From: Bacteroidaceae bacterium
GTDB lineage: Bacteria; Bacteroidota; Bacteroidia; Bacteroidales; Bacteroidaceae
Assembly (NCBI GenBank): GCA_017524545.1
Contig: JAFXVN010000040.1
Span: forward strand, 50,985-74,984
DNA length: 24,000 nt
Reading direction: 5' to 3'
The stretch's first letter is position 1, and each line of letters starts with the position of its first letter. This document shows positions 1-7,479 of the stretch, piece by piece. The position numbers and the translations under genes were made by a program. The notes under the pieces were generated by a model. That model ran no database searches, was not told the origin of the DNA, and saw only the letters and a program-made list of their open reading frames with translations.

Positions 1-100
1 GATAGCCTACCGGCTCGGTTTCGAATATCCACAGCACTTCTCGCGCCTATTCAAGTCCCGCACGGGCATGACACCGAATGAGTACAGATTAACAGCATAA
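1..100 (+). CDS. 3' end of an AraC/XylS-family HTH regulator, possibly the C-terminus of a hybrid two-component regulator; 5' part lies outside the window
   Basis: Frame 2 reads IAYRLGFEYPQHFSRLFKSRTGMTPNEYRLTA*, the canonical second HTH of AraC-family proteins. Stop TAA at 98-100. Confidence 0.75.
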   Translation, partial: IAYRLGFEYPQHFSRLFKSRTGMTPNEYRLTA

Positions 101-115
101 TACACAAATAATCAT

Positions 116-157
116 AAATCCCAAGGCAAAACATTCATGCCTTGGGATTTTTTTTGT
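116..157 (+). terminator. Rho-independent terminator-like hairpin after the AraC-type gene
   Basis: Perfect 13-bp stem AAATCCCAAGGCA (116-128) / TGCCTTGGGATTT (138-150) with a 9-nt loop, followed by a T-run to 156. Confidence 0.6.
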
Positions 158-164
158 ATATTTG
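157..164 (+). promoter_or_regulatory. Bacteroidota -7 promoter box (TAnnTTTG)
   Basis: TATATTTG matches the TAnnTTTG consensus and lies 25 nt upstream of the ATG at 189. No well-spaced -33 TTTG was seen. Confidence 0.45.
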
Positions 165-188
165 CCGAACAAAACTAACGAGGATGAT

Positions 189-926
189 ATGAAAATAAGA
201 AAAAGGATGCTTATTGCAGCAGTAGTAACTGCGGCTTTGACGGGTTGCGACACTAAAGGAAGTAAGGTAGAGGCAACCGAATTTTTGGATGACGTGAAGG
301 TGGCACTTGTTGGCAGCGGCAACATTGACCTGGGCAGCCTGCAATGGACTCGTGAGCCTGCTGGCTACGAAGTGAAAGGCGACACCATCGCCATCACGAC
401 GGCTCCGCATACCGACCTTTGGCAGCGCACTTACTATCACTTCCAAAACGACAATGCTCCTGTCCTTCAAATGAAGACGAAAGAGAAGTTCTTCAGCTTT
501 GTTGTGAAAACTGACTTTACGCAGAGTCACCAACGCTTCGACCAGTGCGGCATTGTGATGTACCTCGATAGCGAGAATTGGCTGAAAGGCTCTGTGGAAT
601 ACGAGAACGACGAATTTCAGCATCTTGGCAGCGTAGCCACGAACAACGGCTATTCCGATTGGGCAACGACAGCCATTCCAGCTGATGTCAAGACAATGTG
701 GTATCGTTTCTCACGAAGGGAGGACGATTACTGTATAGAGTGTTCCAAGGATGGCGTGAACTTCAGTCAGATGCGCATTTGCCACATGTATGCAGGAGCC
801 GATGAAATTAGTTTCGGCATCTATGCCTGTTCACCTGAGGAGTCATCCTTCACAGCAGTCTTCACAGACTTGAAGATTACCGAGTGCGCATGGAAGGCAC
901 ACAACGGCCAGCAGCCGGACGAATAA
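189..926 (+). CDS. DUF1349-like (concanavalin/glucanase-fold) lipoprotein
   Basis: ORF 162..926. The start was chosen at MKIRKRMLIAAVVTAALTGC, a lipoprotein signal with a lipobox Cys, downstream of the predicted promoter. The body (WTREPAGYEVKGDTIAITTAPHTDLWQRTYY...QCGIVMYLDSENWLKGSVEYE) resembles the DUF1349 family from memory. Confidence 0.7.
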   Translation: MKIRKRMLIAAVVTAALTGCDTKGSKVEATEFLDDVKVALVGSGNIDLGSLQWTREPAGYEVKGDTIAITTAPHTDLWQRTYYHFQNDNAPVLQMKTKEKFFSFVVKTDFTQSHQRFDQCGIVMYLDSENWLKGSVEYENDEFQHLGSVATNNGYSDWATTAIPADVKTMWYRFSRREDDYCIECSKDGVNFSQMRICHMYAGADEISFGIYACSPEESSFTAVFTDLKITECAWKAHNGQQPDE

Positions 927-990
927 TAGCTTAATAGATATTATCAAGACAATCGACCACATAGCATTATTTTGTAAGGACTTGGAGCAG

Positions 991-1383
991 ATGCGCAAGT
1001 TCTTCCTCGTGATTGCAACTCTTGCCTTATCATCGTGCGGCATGAGCGAAAAAGCTTCCGTCGATGAGGAAAAGGAGTACCCCGAGTCATTGTTCACCCT
1101 TGGTGAGATGGCAACAGTAGAACTGGAAATACCCGATGACACTTGGCAGAAGATTCTCTCCAAAGCACCTGACAGGCTATCTGGAAAGCTATCGAGGCGC
1201 TCCATCCAGAGGTGGAGGTGTGGGAGGCCTGCACGCCGTACTTCGACCGTCGCAACATCCACTTCTACATCAACCGCTTGGGATTCCATGCCGTCGAGTT
1301 CTTCAACGAGTATCATCCAGACCCCAGTATGCCTGAGCAGTTCAATCAAGACGACGGGCTTTTTAAGTTTGAAAAGAGAATGA
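991..1383 (+). CDS. Hypothetical lipoprotein ORF, probably chimeric
   Basis: MRKFFLVIATLALSSCG is a lipoprotein signal. After about 60 aa the frame becomes low-complexity (RRTSTVATSTSTSTAW...SSSSTS) because it reads the GNAT remnant out of frame. Confidence 0.3.
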   Translation: MRKFFLVIATLALSSCGMSEKASVDEEKEYPESLFTLGEMATVELEIPDDTWQKILSKAPDRLSGKLSRRSIQRWRCGRPARRTSTVATSTSTSTAWDSMPSSSSTSIIQTPVCLSSSIKTTGFLSLKRE

Positions 1384-1388
1384 AATAG
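1173..1388 (+). pseudogene. 5'-truncated GNAT-family N-acetyltransferase remnant (C-terminal ~71 aa)
   Basis: The frame opened after the TGA at 1170-1172 reads QAIWKAIEALHPEVEVWEACTPYFDRRNIHFYINRLGFHAVEFFNEYHPDP...GLFKFEKRMK*. This is a typical GNAT C-terminal motif (N-x-x-FY-x-x-GF). No N-terminal half is present. Confidence 0.5.
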
Positions 1389-1394
1389 TAGAAT

Positions 1395-3719
1395 ATGAAG
1401 AAGATCATGATTACAATGATGCTGGTTATCGCAGTGGTGACGGCATCTGCACAGACAAAAAGGCAACTGTTTGACTTCGGCTGGCAGTTTACACATAATC
1501 GAACGACGCAGACCGTTGATTTGCCGCATGACTGGGACATCTTCGAAGGCCCCAATTCGGGCAAAGGAGCCGCGGGCACTGGCGGCGGATGGTTCGAGGC
1601 AGGTAAGGGCGAGTACCGCAAGACATTCGGCTCGCCCAATGGCGAAATCGTCAAGCTCCACTTCGAGGGCGTGTATCAGAAAGCTGAGGTCTATGTGAAT
1701 GGCCAAAAGGCTGGGCAGCATCACTATGGTTATACGCCGTTCACGGTTAACATCACGCCCTATCTGAAACCTCGGAACTTCAAAGCCTCGAAGCCTGAAA
1801 GCCTCAATGAAGTGGTGGTAAAGGTGGACAATAGCGAGCAGCCCAACTGTCGCTGGTATAGCGGTTCCGGCATCTACCGCCACGTGTGGTTGGAGACTAT
1901 GCCCGCGTTGCACATTGCCGAGAACGGCGTCTTCATCACCACGCCGGAGGTGAGCGCCGACAAGGCTCGGGTGCAGGTGGAGGTGACTGTGCAGAATGAG
2001 TCGCAGGCCGACCGCAATGCCACCGTCGTGGTGGGCGGCGCACAATTGATGGTGGCTGTGGAGGCTGGCGAGACCAAGACCGTGAAGACGACTCTCTTCG
2101 TCAATAATCCATGCTTGTGGTCGCCAGAGAGCCCGACACTCTACGAGGCAAAGGTGGAATTGAAGGAGAATGGCACGGCCATAGACAATGCAATGGCGAA
2201 ATATGGCATCCGCTCGTTCTCGTTCGAAGCTGAGAATGGTTTCGTGCTCAATGGCAAGAAGGTACTCATCAACGGTGCTTGCATTCACCATGATGACGGT
2301 GTACTGGGTGCCCGTGCTTTCGATGATGCCGAAATCCGCAAGGTGCGTCAGATGAAGCAGGCCGGCTTCAACCTCATCCGCACCTCGCACAATCCCACGA
2401 CCCGCGCTTTCCTCGATGCCTGCGACTCAATAGGTATGCTTGTCATTGACGAGGCCTTCGACGGCTGGCGCACGCAGAAGAATCCTTACGACTACTCCAC
2501 CGTCATCGACTCCTGCTACCGTCAGGACATCCATGCGATGGTGCTGCGCGACCGCAACCACCCCTGTGTTATCTCGTGGAGCATTGGCAACGAGGTCATT
2601 GAGCGCAAGGACATCCGTGTGGTCTATACCGCCCGTCAGATGAAAAAGGCCATCCACGAACTGGACGCGACACGCCCTGTCACCGAGGCTCTCTGTGCCT
2701 GGGACCGCGACTGGGAAATCTACGACCCACACGCTGAGGTGCTCGACGTGGTAGGCTACAACTATATGATATTCAAGCACGCCTCTGACCATGAGCGCGA
2801 CCCCAAGCGCATCATCTGGCAGACGGAGAGCTATCCGCGCGATGCTTTCCGCAATTGGAGCATTTCAAACGACTTCCCCTACGTCGTGGGCGACATCGTG
2901 TGGACAGGACTTGATTATCTGGGCGAGAGTGGCATAGGTCGTAACTACTATAAAGGTGAGCGCGAGGGTGAGTCGTGGATTGAGGGCGGACAGCCCGATT
3001 GGCACGGCGCTCCCTGTGGCGATGTCGATATCACCGGCTGGAGGAAACCGATAAGTCATTATAGGGAGATGCTGTGGAATAAAGACACACCACTCTACAT
3101 GGCTGTTCGCGAACCCAACGGCTACCACGGCGAGATTCACACCACGATGTGGAGCGTGTGGCCCACATGGGAATCGTGGACATGGCCCGGTTGGGAGGGA
3201 AAGCCTGTCGAAGTGGAGGTCTATACCCGTCAGCCAGAAGTAAAGCTGTATCTCGACGGCCAACTTATCGGCACGAAGCAGGTAAGCCGCGAGACTGAGT
3301 TCAAGGCCGTCTTCTCATTGCCCTATAAGGTCGGCACACTCCGTGCAGAAGCCGGTGGCGAGAGCGTGACACTGAAGACTGCCGGTGAACCTGCCCGTTT
3401 GCGCCTAACCCCAGACCGTACTGTAATGTCTGCCGACGGACAGTCACTTACTTTTGTTACTGTCGAAGTCCTTGACAAGCAAGGCACACTCGTCCCGGAA
3501 GCCGCTATCGACTGCGAGGCTTTCATCAAGGGACAAGGACAACTGTTAGCCTTTGCTTCTGCCGACCTGAAGGATACGGAACCCTACACCTCACCGCGAG
3601 TAAAAACTTGGAAAGGCCGCGCCCTCCTCGTCGTACGTAGCACGCAAAAGGGAGGTTCAGTCAGCGTGAGCATCAAGAGCCCATTGCCTACAGCCAACCT
3701 GTTGCTGAAGAGCAAATAA
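1395..3719 (+). CDS. Glycoside hydrolase family 2 (beta-galactosidase-like), secreted
   Basis: 774-aa ORF with signal peptide MKKIMITMMLVIAVVTASAQ. GH2 hallmarks are present: NLIRTSHNPTTRAFLDACDSIGMLVIDEAF, ISWSIGNEV (acid/base NE) and IIWQTESYP (nucleophile E). Confidence 0.9.
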   Translation: MKKIMITMMLVIAVVTASAQTKRQLFDFGWQFTHNRTTQTVDLPHDWDIFEGPNSGKGAAGTGGGWFEAGKGEYRKTFGSPNGEIVKLHFEGVYQKAEVYVNGQKAGQHHYGYTPFTVNITPYLKPRNFKASKPESLNEVVVKVDNSEQPNCRWYSGSGIYRHVWLETMPALHIAENGVFITTPEVSADKARVQVEVTVQNESQADRNATVVVGGAQLMVAVEAGETKTVKTTLFVNNPCLWSPESPTLYEAKVELKENGTAIDNAMAKYGIRSFSFEAENGFVLNGKKVLINGACIHHDDGVLGARAFDDAEIRKVRQMKQAGFNLIRTSHNPTTRAFLDACDSIGMLVIDEAFDGWRTQKNPYDYSTVIDSCYRQDIHAMVLRDRNHPCVISWSIGNEVIERKDIRVVYTARQMKKAIHELDATRPVTEALCAWDRDWEIYDPHAEVLDVVGYNYMIFKHASDHERDPKRIIWQTESYPRDAFRNWSISNDFPYVVGDIVWTGLDYLGESGIGRNYYKGEREGESWIEGGQPDWHGAPCGDVDITGWRKPISHYREMLWNKDTPLYMAVREPNGYHGEIHTTMWSVWPTWESWTWPGWEGKPVEVEVYTRQPEVKLYLDGQLIGTKQVSRETEFKAVFSLPYKVGTLRAEAGGESVTLKTAGEPARLRLTPDRTVMSADGQSLTFVTVEVLDKQGTLVPEAAIDCEAFIKGQGQLLAFASADLKDTEPYTSPRVKTWKGRALLVVRSTQKGGSVSVSIKSPLPTANLLLKSK

Positions 3720-3786
3720 CAATTATCGAAATCTCAGTTATGGTTTTATCTGAATATTATGGCAAGAAAAGAACCCAATAAATCAT

Positions 3787-3827
3787 AAATCCCAAGGCAA
3801 AACATTCATGCTTTGGGATTTATTTTG
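3787..3827 (+). terminator. Terminator-like hairpin after the GH2 gene; second copy of the 116-157 hairpin
   Basis: Stem 3787-3799 / 3809-3821 is the same sequence as at 116-150. One C>T change converts a G:C pair to G:U. It is followed by ATTTTG. Confidence 0.55.
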
Positions 3828-3835
3828 TATCTTTG
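3828..3835 (+). promoter_or_regulatory. Bacteroidota -7 promoter box (TAnnTTTG) for the GH51 gene
   Basis: TATCTTTG lies 33 nt upstream of the ATG at 3869, in the same position relative to the hairpin as at 157-164. Confidence 0.45.
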
Positions 3836-3868
3836 CAAACCAGATAATCATCACAAAAAGTATAAGAT

Positions 3869-5461
3869 ATGAGAAAGACCATTTTATCTGCCTTTATTGC
3901 GCTGGCCTGTGCTGCAACGGCGATGGCTGCCGACAACGTGAAGGCAACAGTCCATGCTGACAAGGCAGGGGCAAAGATCAACCGCGAAATCTACGGACAG
4001 TTCTCCGAACACCTCGGCACCTGCATCTACGGCGGCCTTTGGGTGGGCGAAGGCTCTCAGATTCCCAACATCAACGGCTACCGCAAGGATGTGTTCGAAG
4101 CTTTGAAGGTGCTAAAGGTTCCCGTGCTGCGCTGGCCGGGCGGCTGTTTTGCCGACGACTACCACTGGATGGACGGCATCGGTCCTAAGAACCAGCGTCC
4201 ATCGCTGCGTAACAACAACTGGGGTGGCACCATCGAGGACAACTCGTTTGGTACCCATGAGTTTCTGAACCTCTGCGAGATGCTCGGCTGTGAACCCTAC
4301 ATCAGCGGCAACGTGGGTTCTGGCACGGTGAAGGAGATGGCGCAATGGGTGGAATATATGACCAGCGACGGTGATACGCCGATGGCACGGCTGCGTCGTC
4401 AGAATGGACGTGAAAAAGCATGGCACGTCAAATACTTCGGCATTGGCAACGAGGCCTGGGGCTGCGGTGGCAATATGACGCCCGAATACTACTCGGACGA
4501 GTTCCGCAAGTTTAACACCTATCTGCGCGACTATACTGGCAACAAGCTCTACCGCATCGGAAGCGGTGCCTCGGACTACGACTACAAGTGGACGGAGGTG
4601 CTGATGGACAGAATCGGCAATCGTATGCAGGGCGTGTCGTTACATTATTATACTTGCACGGGATGGGGCGGTCCGAAAGGCTCCGCCACGAAGTTCGACA
4701 ACGACCAGTACTACTGGGCTCTAGGCAAGTGTCTGGAGATTGAGGAGGTCATCAAGAAGCACAAGGCCATCATGGACAAGAAAGACCCCGAAGGCAGAGT
4801 GGGACTGCTCGTTGACGAATGGGGAACCTGGTGGGACGAAGAGCCAGGCACCATCAGCGGCCACCTCTACCAACAGAACGCCTTGCGTGACGCCTTCGTG
4901 GCAGCGCTGTCGCTGAACGTGTTCCATAAATATACCGAACGTGTGAAGATGGCGAATATCGCACAGGTTGTGAACGTGCTGCAGTCGATGATTCTGACCG
5001 ACCAAGAGGGCACGGGCCACATGGTGCTCACCCCGACCTACCACGTGTTTGAAATGTACACCCCTTTCCAGGAAGCCACCTATCTCCCGCTTGACCTTGA
5101 GAGCGAAATCATACAGGTGAGCAAGGCCTACTTCAAGGAGAAAGAAGGTGCGAGGGATGCCGGCTATCGTCCTTGCCCCATGCTCTCGGCCTCGGCTGCT
5201 AAGACTACCGACGGCAGCATCGTGCTGGCCGTTACCAACGTTTCGCTGGACAAGGCTCAGACCATCGACTTCGCCCTGGAAGGCTTTGCTGCAAAGACTT
5301 TCAGCGGTCGCATCCTCACCTCCGAGAATGTGGCTGACTTCAACGACTTCCAGCATCCCAACGTGGTGGCTCCCGCCGAGTTTAAGGATGCCAAGCTGAA
5401 AAAAGACGTGCTCACGGTGAAGATACCGGCAAAGTCCATCGTCGTGCTCAACATCAAGTAG
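3869..5461 (+). CDS. Glycoside hydrolase family 51 alpha-L-arabinofuranosidase, secreted
   Basis: 530-aa ORF with a signal peptide. It has [46 protein letters not shown] and [13 protein letters not shown], the characteristic GH51 blocks. Confidence 0.9.
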   Translation: MRKTILSAFIALACAATAMAADNVKATVHADKAGAKINREIYGQFSEHLGTCIYGGLWVGEGSQIPNINGYRKDVFEALKVLKVPVLRWPGGCFADDYHWMDGIGPKNQRPSLRNNNWGGTIEDNSFGTHEFLNLCEMLGCEPYISGNVGSGTVKEMAQWVEYMTSDGDTPMARLRRQNGREKAWHVKYFGIGNEAWGCGGNMTPEYYSDEFRKFNTYLRDYTGNKLYRIGSGASDYDYKWTEVLMDRIGNRMQGVSLHYYTCTGWGGPKGSATKFDNDQYYWALGKCLEIEEVIKKHKAIMDKKDPEGRVGLLVDEWGTWWDEEPGTISGHLYQQNALRDAFVAALSLNVFHKYTERVKMANIAQVVNVLQSMILTDQEGTGHMVLTPTYHVFEMYTPFQEATYLPLDLESEIIQVSKAYFKEKEGARDAGYRPCPMLSASAAKTTDGSIVLAVTNVSLDKAQTIDFALEGFAAKTFSGRILTSENVADFNDFQHPNVVAPAEFKDAKLKKDVLTVKIPAKSIVVLNIK

Positions 5462-6319
5462 ATGCAGGAAATGAAATCAGTTATTCTCCTCGTATTGGTG
5501 GCGTTGTCCGCAATCTTTCCCACCAATGCTTTTGCTCAGAACGACGGCTGGCATCTTGTCTGGCAAGACGAGTTTGATGCCGACGGGCGACCAGATTCAA
5601 CGAAGTGGACTTACGAGCGCGGTTTCGAGCGCAACGAGGAATTGCAATGGTACGCCCCGGAGAACGTGTTCCAGCGCGACGGCCACCTTGTGATAGAAGC
5701 TCGTCCTGCCGATTTCCCCTGCCCATCCTACAAGGAGGGAAGCACCTATTGGCGCAACAACCGCCCTCGCATCCTGTGGACAAGCGGCTGCGTGAAGACA
5801 ATCGGCCTTTTCTCTTTCCTGTACGGACGTGTCGAAGTTCGCGCGCGCATCCCGGTCTGTTTGGGCGTCTGGCCTGCTATATGGCTTTTAGGCGATAGGG
5901 GAGGGTGGCCAGCCTGTGGCGAGATAGACATGATGGAGTACTTTCAATACAATGGACGTCCAACCGTTCTTGCCAATGCCTGCTGGGCTGGCGATAAGGA
6001 CACACAATGGGACTCTTCCTATACACCTCTCAATCACTTCACAGACCGCGACCCTGCTTGGGCAGAGCGTTTTCATGTCTGGCGTATGGATTGGGACGAG
6101 AATGCCATCCGCCTCTATCTCGATGACGAACTGCTTAACGAAATCGACCTAACCACCACCATCAACGGCAAGCTGCGAGACACAGGCATCAACCCCTTCC
6201 ATCATCCCCAATACCTTCTGCTTAACCTCGCCTTGGACACGCGAGTGAGGCAGTACAACCCCGCCGACTTCCCCATGCGCTACGAAATAGACTATGTGCG
6301 CGTGTTCCAAAAAGAGTGA
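5462..6319 (+). CDS. Glycoside hydrolase family 16 beta-glucanase (laminarinase-like)
   Basis: 285-aa ORF whose ATG directly abuts the GH51 stop (TAGATG); an alternative start is at 5471. It has a signal peptide, WQDEFD, and the catalytic GEIDMMEY (ExDxxE) motif. Confidence 0.85.
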   Translation: MQEMKSVILLVLVALSAIFPTNAFAQNDGWHLVWQDEFDADGRPDSTKWTYERGFERNEELQWYAPENVFQRDGHLVIEARPADFPCPSYKEGSTYWRNNRPRILWTSGCVKTIGLFSFLYGRVEVRARIPVCLGVWPAIWLLGDRGGWPACGEIDMMEYFQYNGRPTVLANACWAGDKDTQWDSSYTPLNHFTDRDPAWAERFHVWRMDWDENAIRLYLDDELLNEIDLTTTINGKLRDTGINPFHHPQYLLLNLALDTRVRQYNPADFPMRYEIDYVRVFQKE

Positions 6320-6376
6320 TTGTGAACTAACGCATCAGATTAGTCACAAACGGAATCTATAGAAAGACAGGCAATT

Positions 6377-7021
6377 ATGACAGAACTGACGAACGAAGCA
6401 AGTGCAGAGAGCAAGTCTGCCTGCACTATGCCTTGCAAGGAGGAAGAGCACTTAAGCGAACTTGAGAAATGCAATGCCGGATTGGAATACTCTTATGCCA
6501 ATCCGGAAATGATAGCCCGCAAGACTCGGGCTATCGTGCAGTGCGAGGCTTTCAACGCTATCGACGGCACCGACTACGAAGCGCAGTACCGACACCTGCA
6601 GCAAATGCTTGGTGCTGTGGGCGAGCGCGTCTGGATAGCAAAGACCTTCAATTGCGACTGCGGCAAGAACATCTTCATCGGCAACGACTTCACAGGCAAC
6701 CACAACCTCACAATCCTTGACATCCGCGAAGTTTATATAGGAAACCATGTGATGATTGGGCCAAATACACTGATTACCACTGTCGGGCATCCTCTTTCTC
6801 CGATGGGCCGCAGGCAGTATCACGCCTCTGCCCAACCTGTGCGGATAGGCAACGACGTATGGATAGGCGGCAACGTCACCATCCTACCCGGTGTGACGAT
6901 TGGCAACAACGTGGTAGTGGCAGCGGGTGCAGTTGTCACTAAAGACATTCCTGACAACACCCTTGTTGGTGGCGTTCCTGCCAAACAGATTAAGGAAATA
7001 GAGAATGATGTTCCTTTTTAA
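6377..7021 (+). CDS. maa: Maltose/galactoside O-acetyltransferase (hexapeptide-repeat, Maa/LacA family)
   Basis: The N-terminal Mac domain (LEKCNAGLEYSYANPEM) is followed by left-handed beta-helix hexapeptide repeats (IGNDVWIGGNVTILPGVTIGNNVVVAAGAVVTKDIP). A start at an internal Met is possible. Confidence 0.85.
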   Translation: MTELTNEASAESKSACTMPCKEEEHLSELEKCNAGLEYSYANPEMIARKTRAIVQCEAFNAIDGTDYEAQYRHLQQMLGAVGERVWIAKTFNCDCGKNIFIGNDFTGNHNLTILDIREVYIGNHVMIGPNTLITTVGHPLSPMGRRQYHASAQPVRIGNDVWIGGNVTILPGVTIGNNVVVAAGAVVTKDIPDNTLVGGVPAKQIKEIENDVPF

Positions 7022-7171
7022 CCCAAATCGGTCATTAGGCACTGCGCGTCTCAAGTTTCATACAACACAAACCAAAGCGGGACGCTTACCAACGGGGAAC
7101 AAACTCCCGGGAAACACGATATAAAGCTTCCCATAACACGGTATAAAAGTCTTTTAGGCTCGTTATATAAT

Positions 7172-7255
7172 TATTTTCAAGGCGTGAAAATATATTATCA
7201 AGCTTTGAAAATATATTATCAAGCCTTGAAAATAGATTTTCAAAGCTTGAAAATA
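7172..7255. repeat. Four tandem 21-bp dyad-symmetric units (iteron or operator-like array)
   Basis: Units are TATTTTCAAGGCGTGAAAATA / TATTATCAAGCTTTGAAAATA / TATTATCAAGCCTTGAAAATA / GATTTTCAAAGCTTGAAAATA. Each has a TTTTCAAG..CTTGAAAA-type dyad, and the period is exactly 21 bp. Confidence 0.9.
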
Positions 7256-7263
7256 GTTTGTAA

Positions 7264-7307
7264 GCACGTTATGTGAGGTTTTATGGCACGCTCTGTGAGG
7301 TTTTATA
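7264..7307. repeat. Two tandem 22-bp direct repeats
   Basis: GCACGTTATGTGAGGTTTTATG / GCACGCTCTGTGAGGTTTTATA, followed by a partial GCAC. Confidence 0.85.
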
Positions 7308-7402
7308 GCACATTGTCCTCGGTTATTCTGCTGTATTGGCTTCCAGCCACAGAACATCTAATGACCGATTTGGAGTAATCAGAAAGATTTTTTTGCTTTC
7401 CC

Positions 7403-7433
7403 TTTGTTGGGTGGGAAAAAACTTGTACCTTTG
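7403..7433 (+). promoter_or_regulatory. Bacteroidota promoter (-33 TTTG, 19 nt spacer, -7 TACCTTTG) for the ATPase gene
   Basis: TTTG at 7403-7406 and TACCTTTG at 7426-7433, with the ATG at 7480. Confidence 0.6.
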
Positions 7434-7479
7434 CACCATGTTATATAAACCGTCATGTATATAAACGGCAATTTACATT

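Larger units (their letters stand above)
7023..7373. repeat. 351-bp cassette bounded by inverted repeats (MITE-like or structured non-coding element)
   Basis: A perfect 16-bp inverted repeat, CCAAATCGGTCATTAG (7023-7038) / CTAATGACCGATTTGG (7358-7373), encloses two tandem-repeat arrays. The left arm starts 2 nt after the maa stop. Confidence 0.6.

Noticed and set aside
938-948. ATATTATCAAG downstream of the DUF1349 gene, matching the first half of the 21-bp iteron unit
   Set aside because: This is a single AT-rich 11-mer without the dyad partner, plausibly chance in AT-rich intergenic DNA. It is worth including only if a genome-wide motif search is run.
843-2390. 515-aa minus-strand ORF antisense to the DUF1349 and GH2 genes
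   Set aside because: It lies fully antisense to a well-supported GH2 CDS. Its composition is His/Leu/Arg-rich and it has no recognisable motifs. It is a typical stop-poor antisense frame of a GC-rich coding region.
3189-3203. GGTTGGGAGGGA inside the GH2 gene, resembling the tail of the GC-rich unit
   Set aside because: Only about 12 nt are similar, there is no hairpin half, and it encodes native-looking PGWEGK.
1-7021. Canonical polysaccharide utilisation locus (SusC/SusD pair)
   Set aside because: No TonB-dependent transporter or SusD-like gene lies within the window. The GH2/GH51/GH16 block may belong to a PUL that extends upstream, but this cannot be shown here.
7172-7307. Possible CRISPR array
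   Set aside because: The repeats are directly abutting with no unique spacers between them. The units are only 21-22 bp and no cas genes are present.
7163-7357. 64-aa minus-strand ORF over the iteron cassette
   Set aside because: Its sequence (IYFQSLIIYFHALKIII...) is simply the 21-bp repeats translated. It has no start context or conservation signal.
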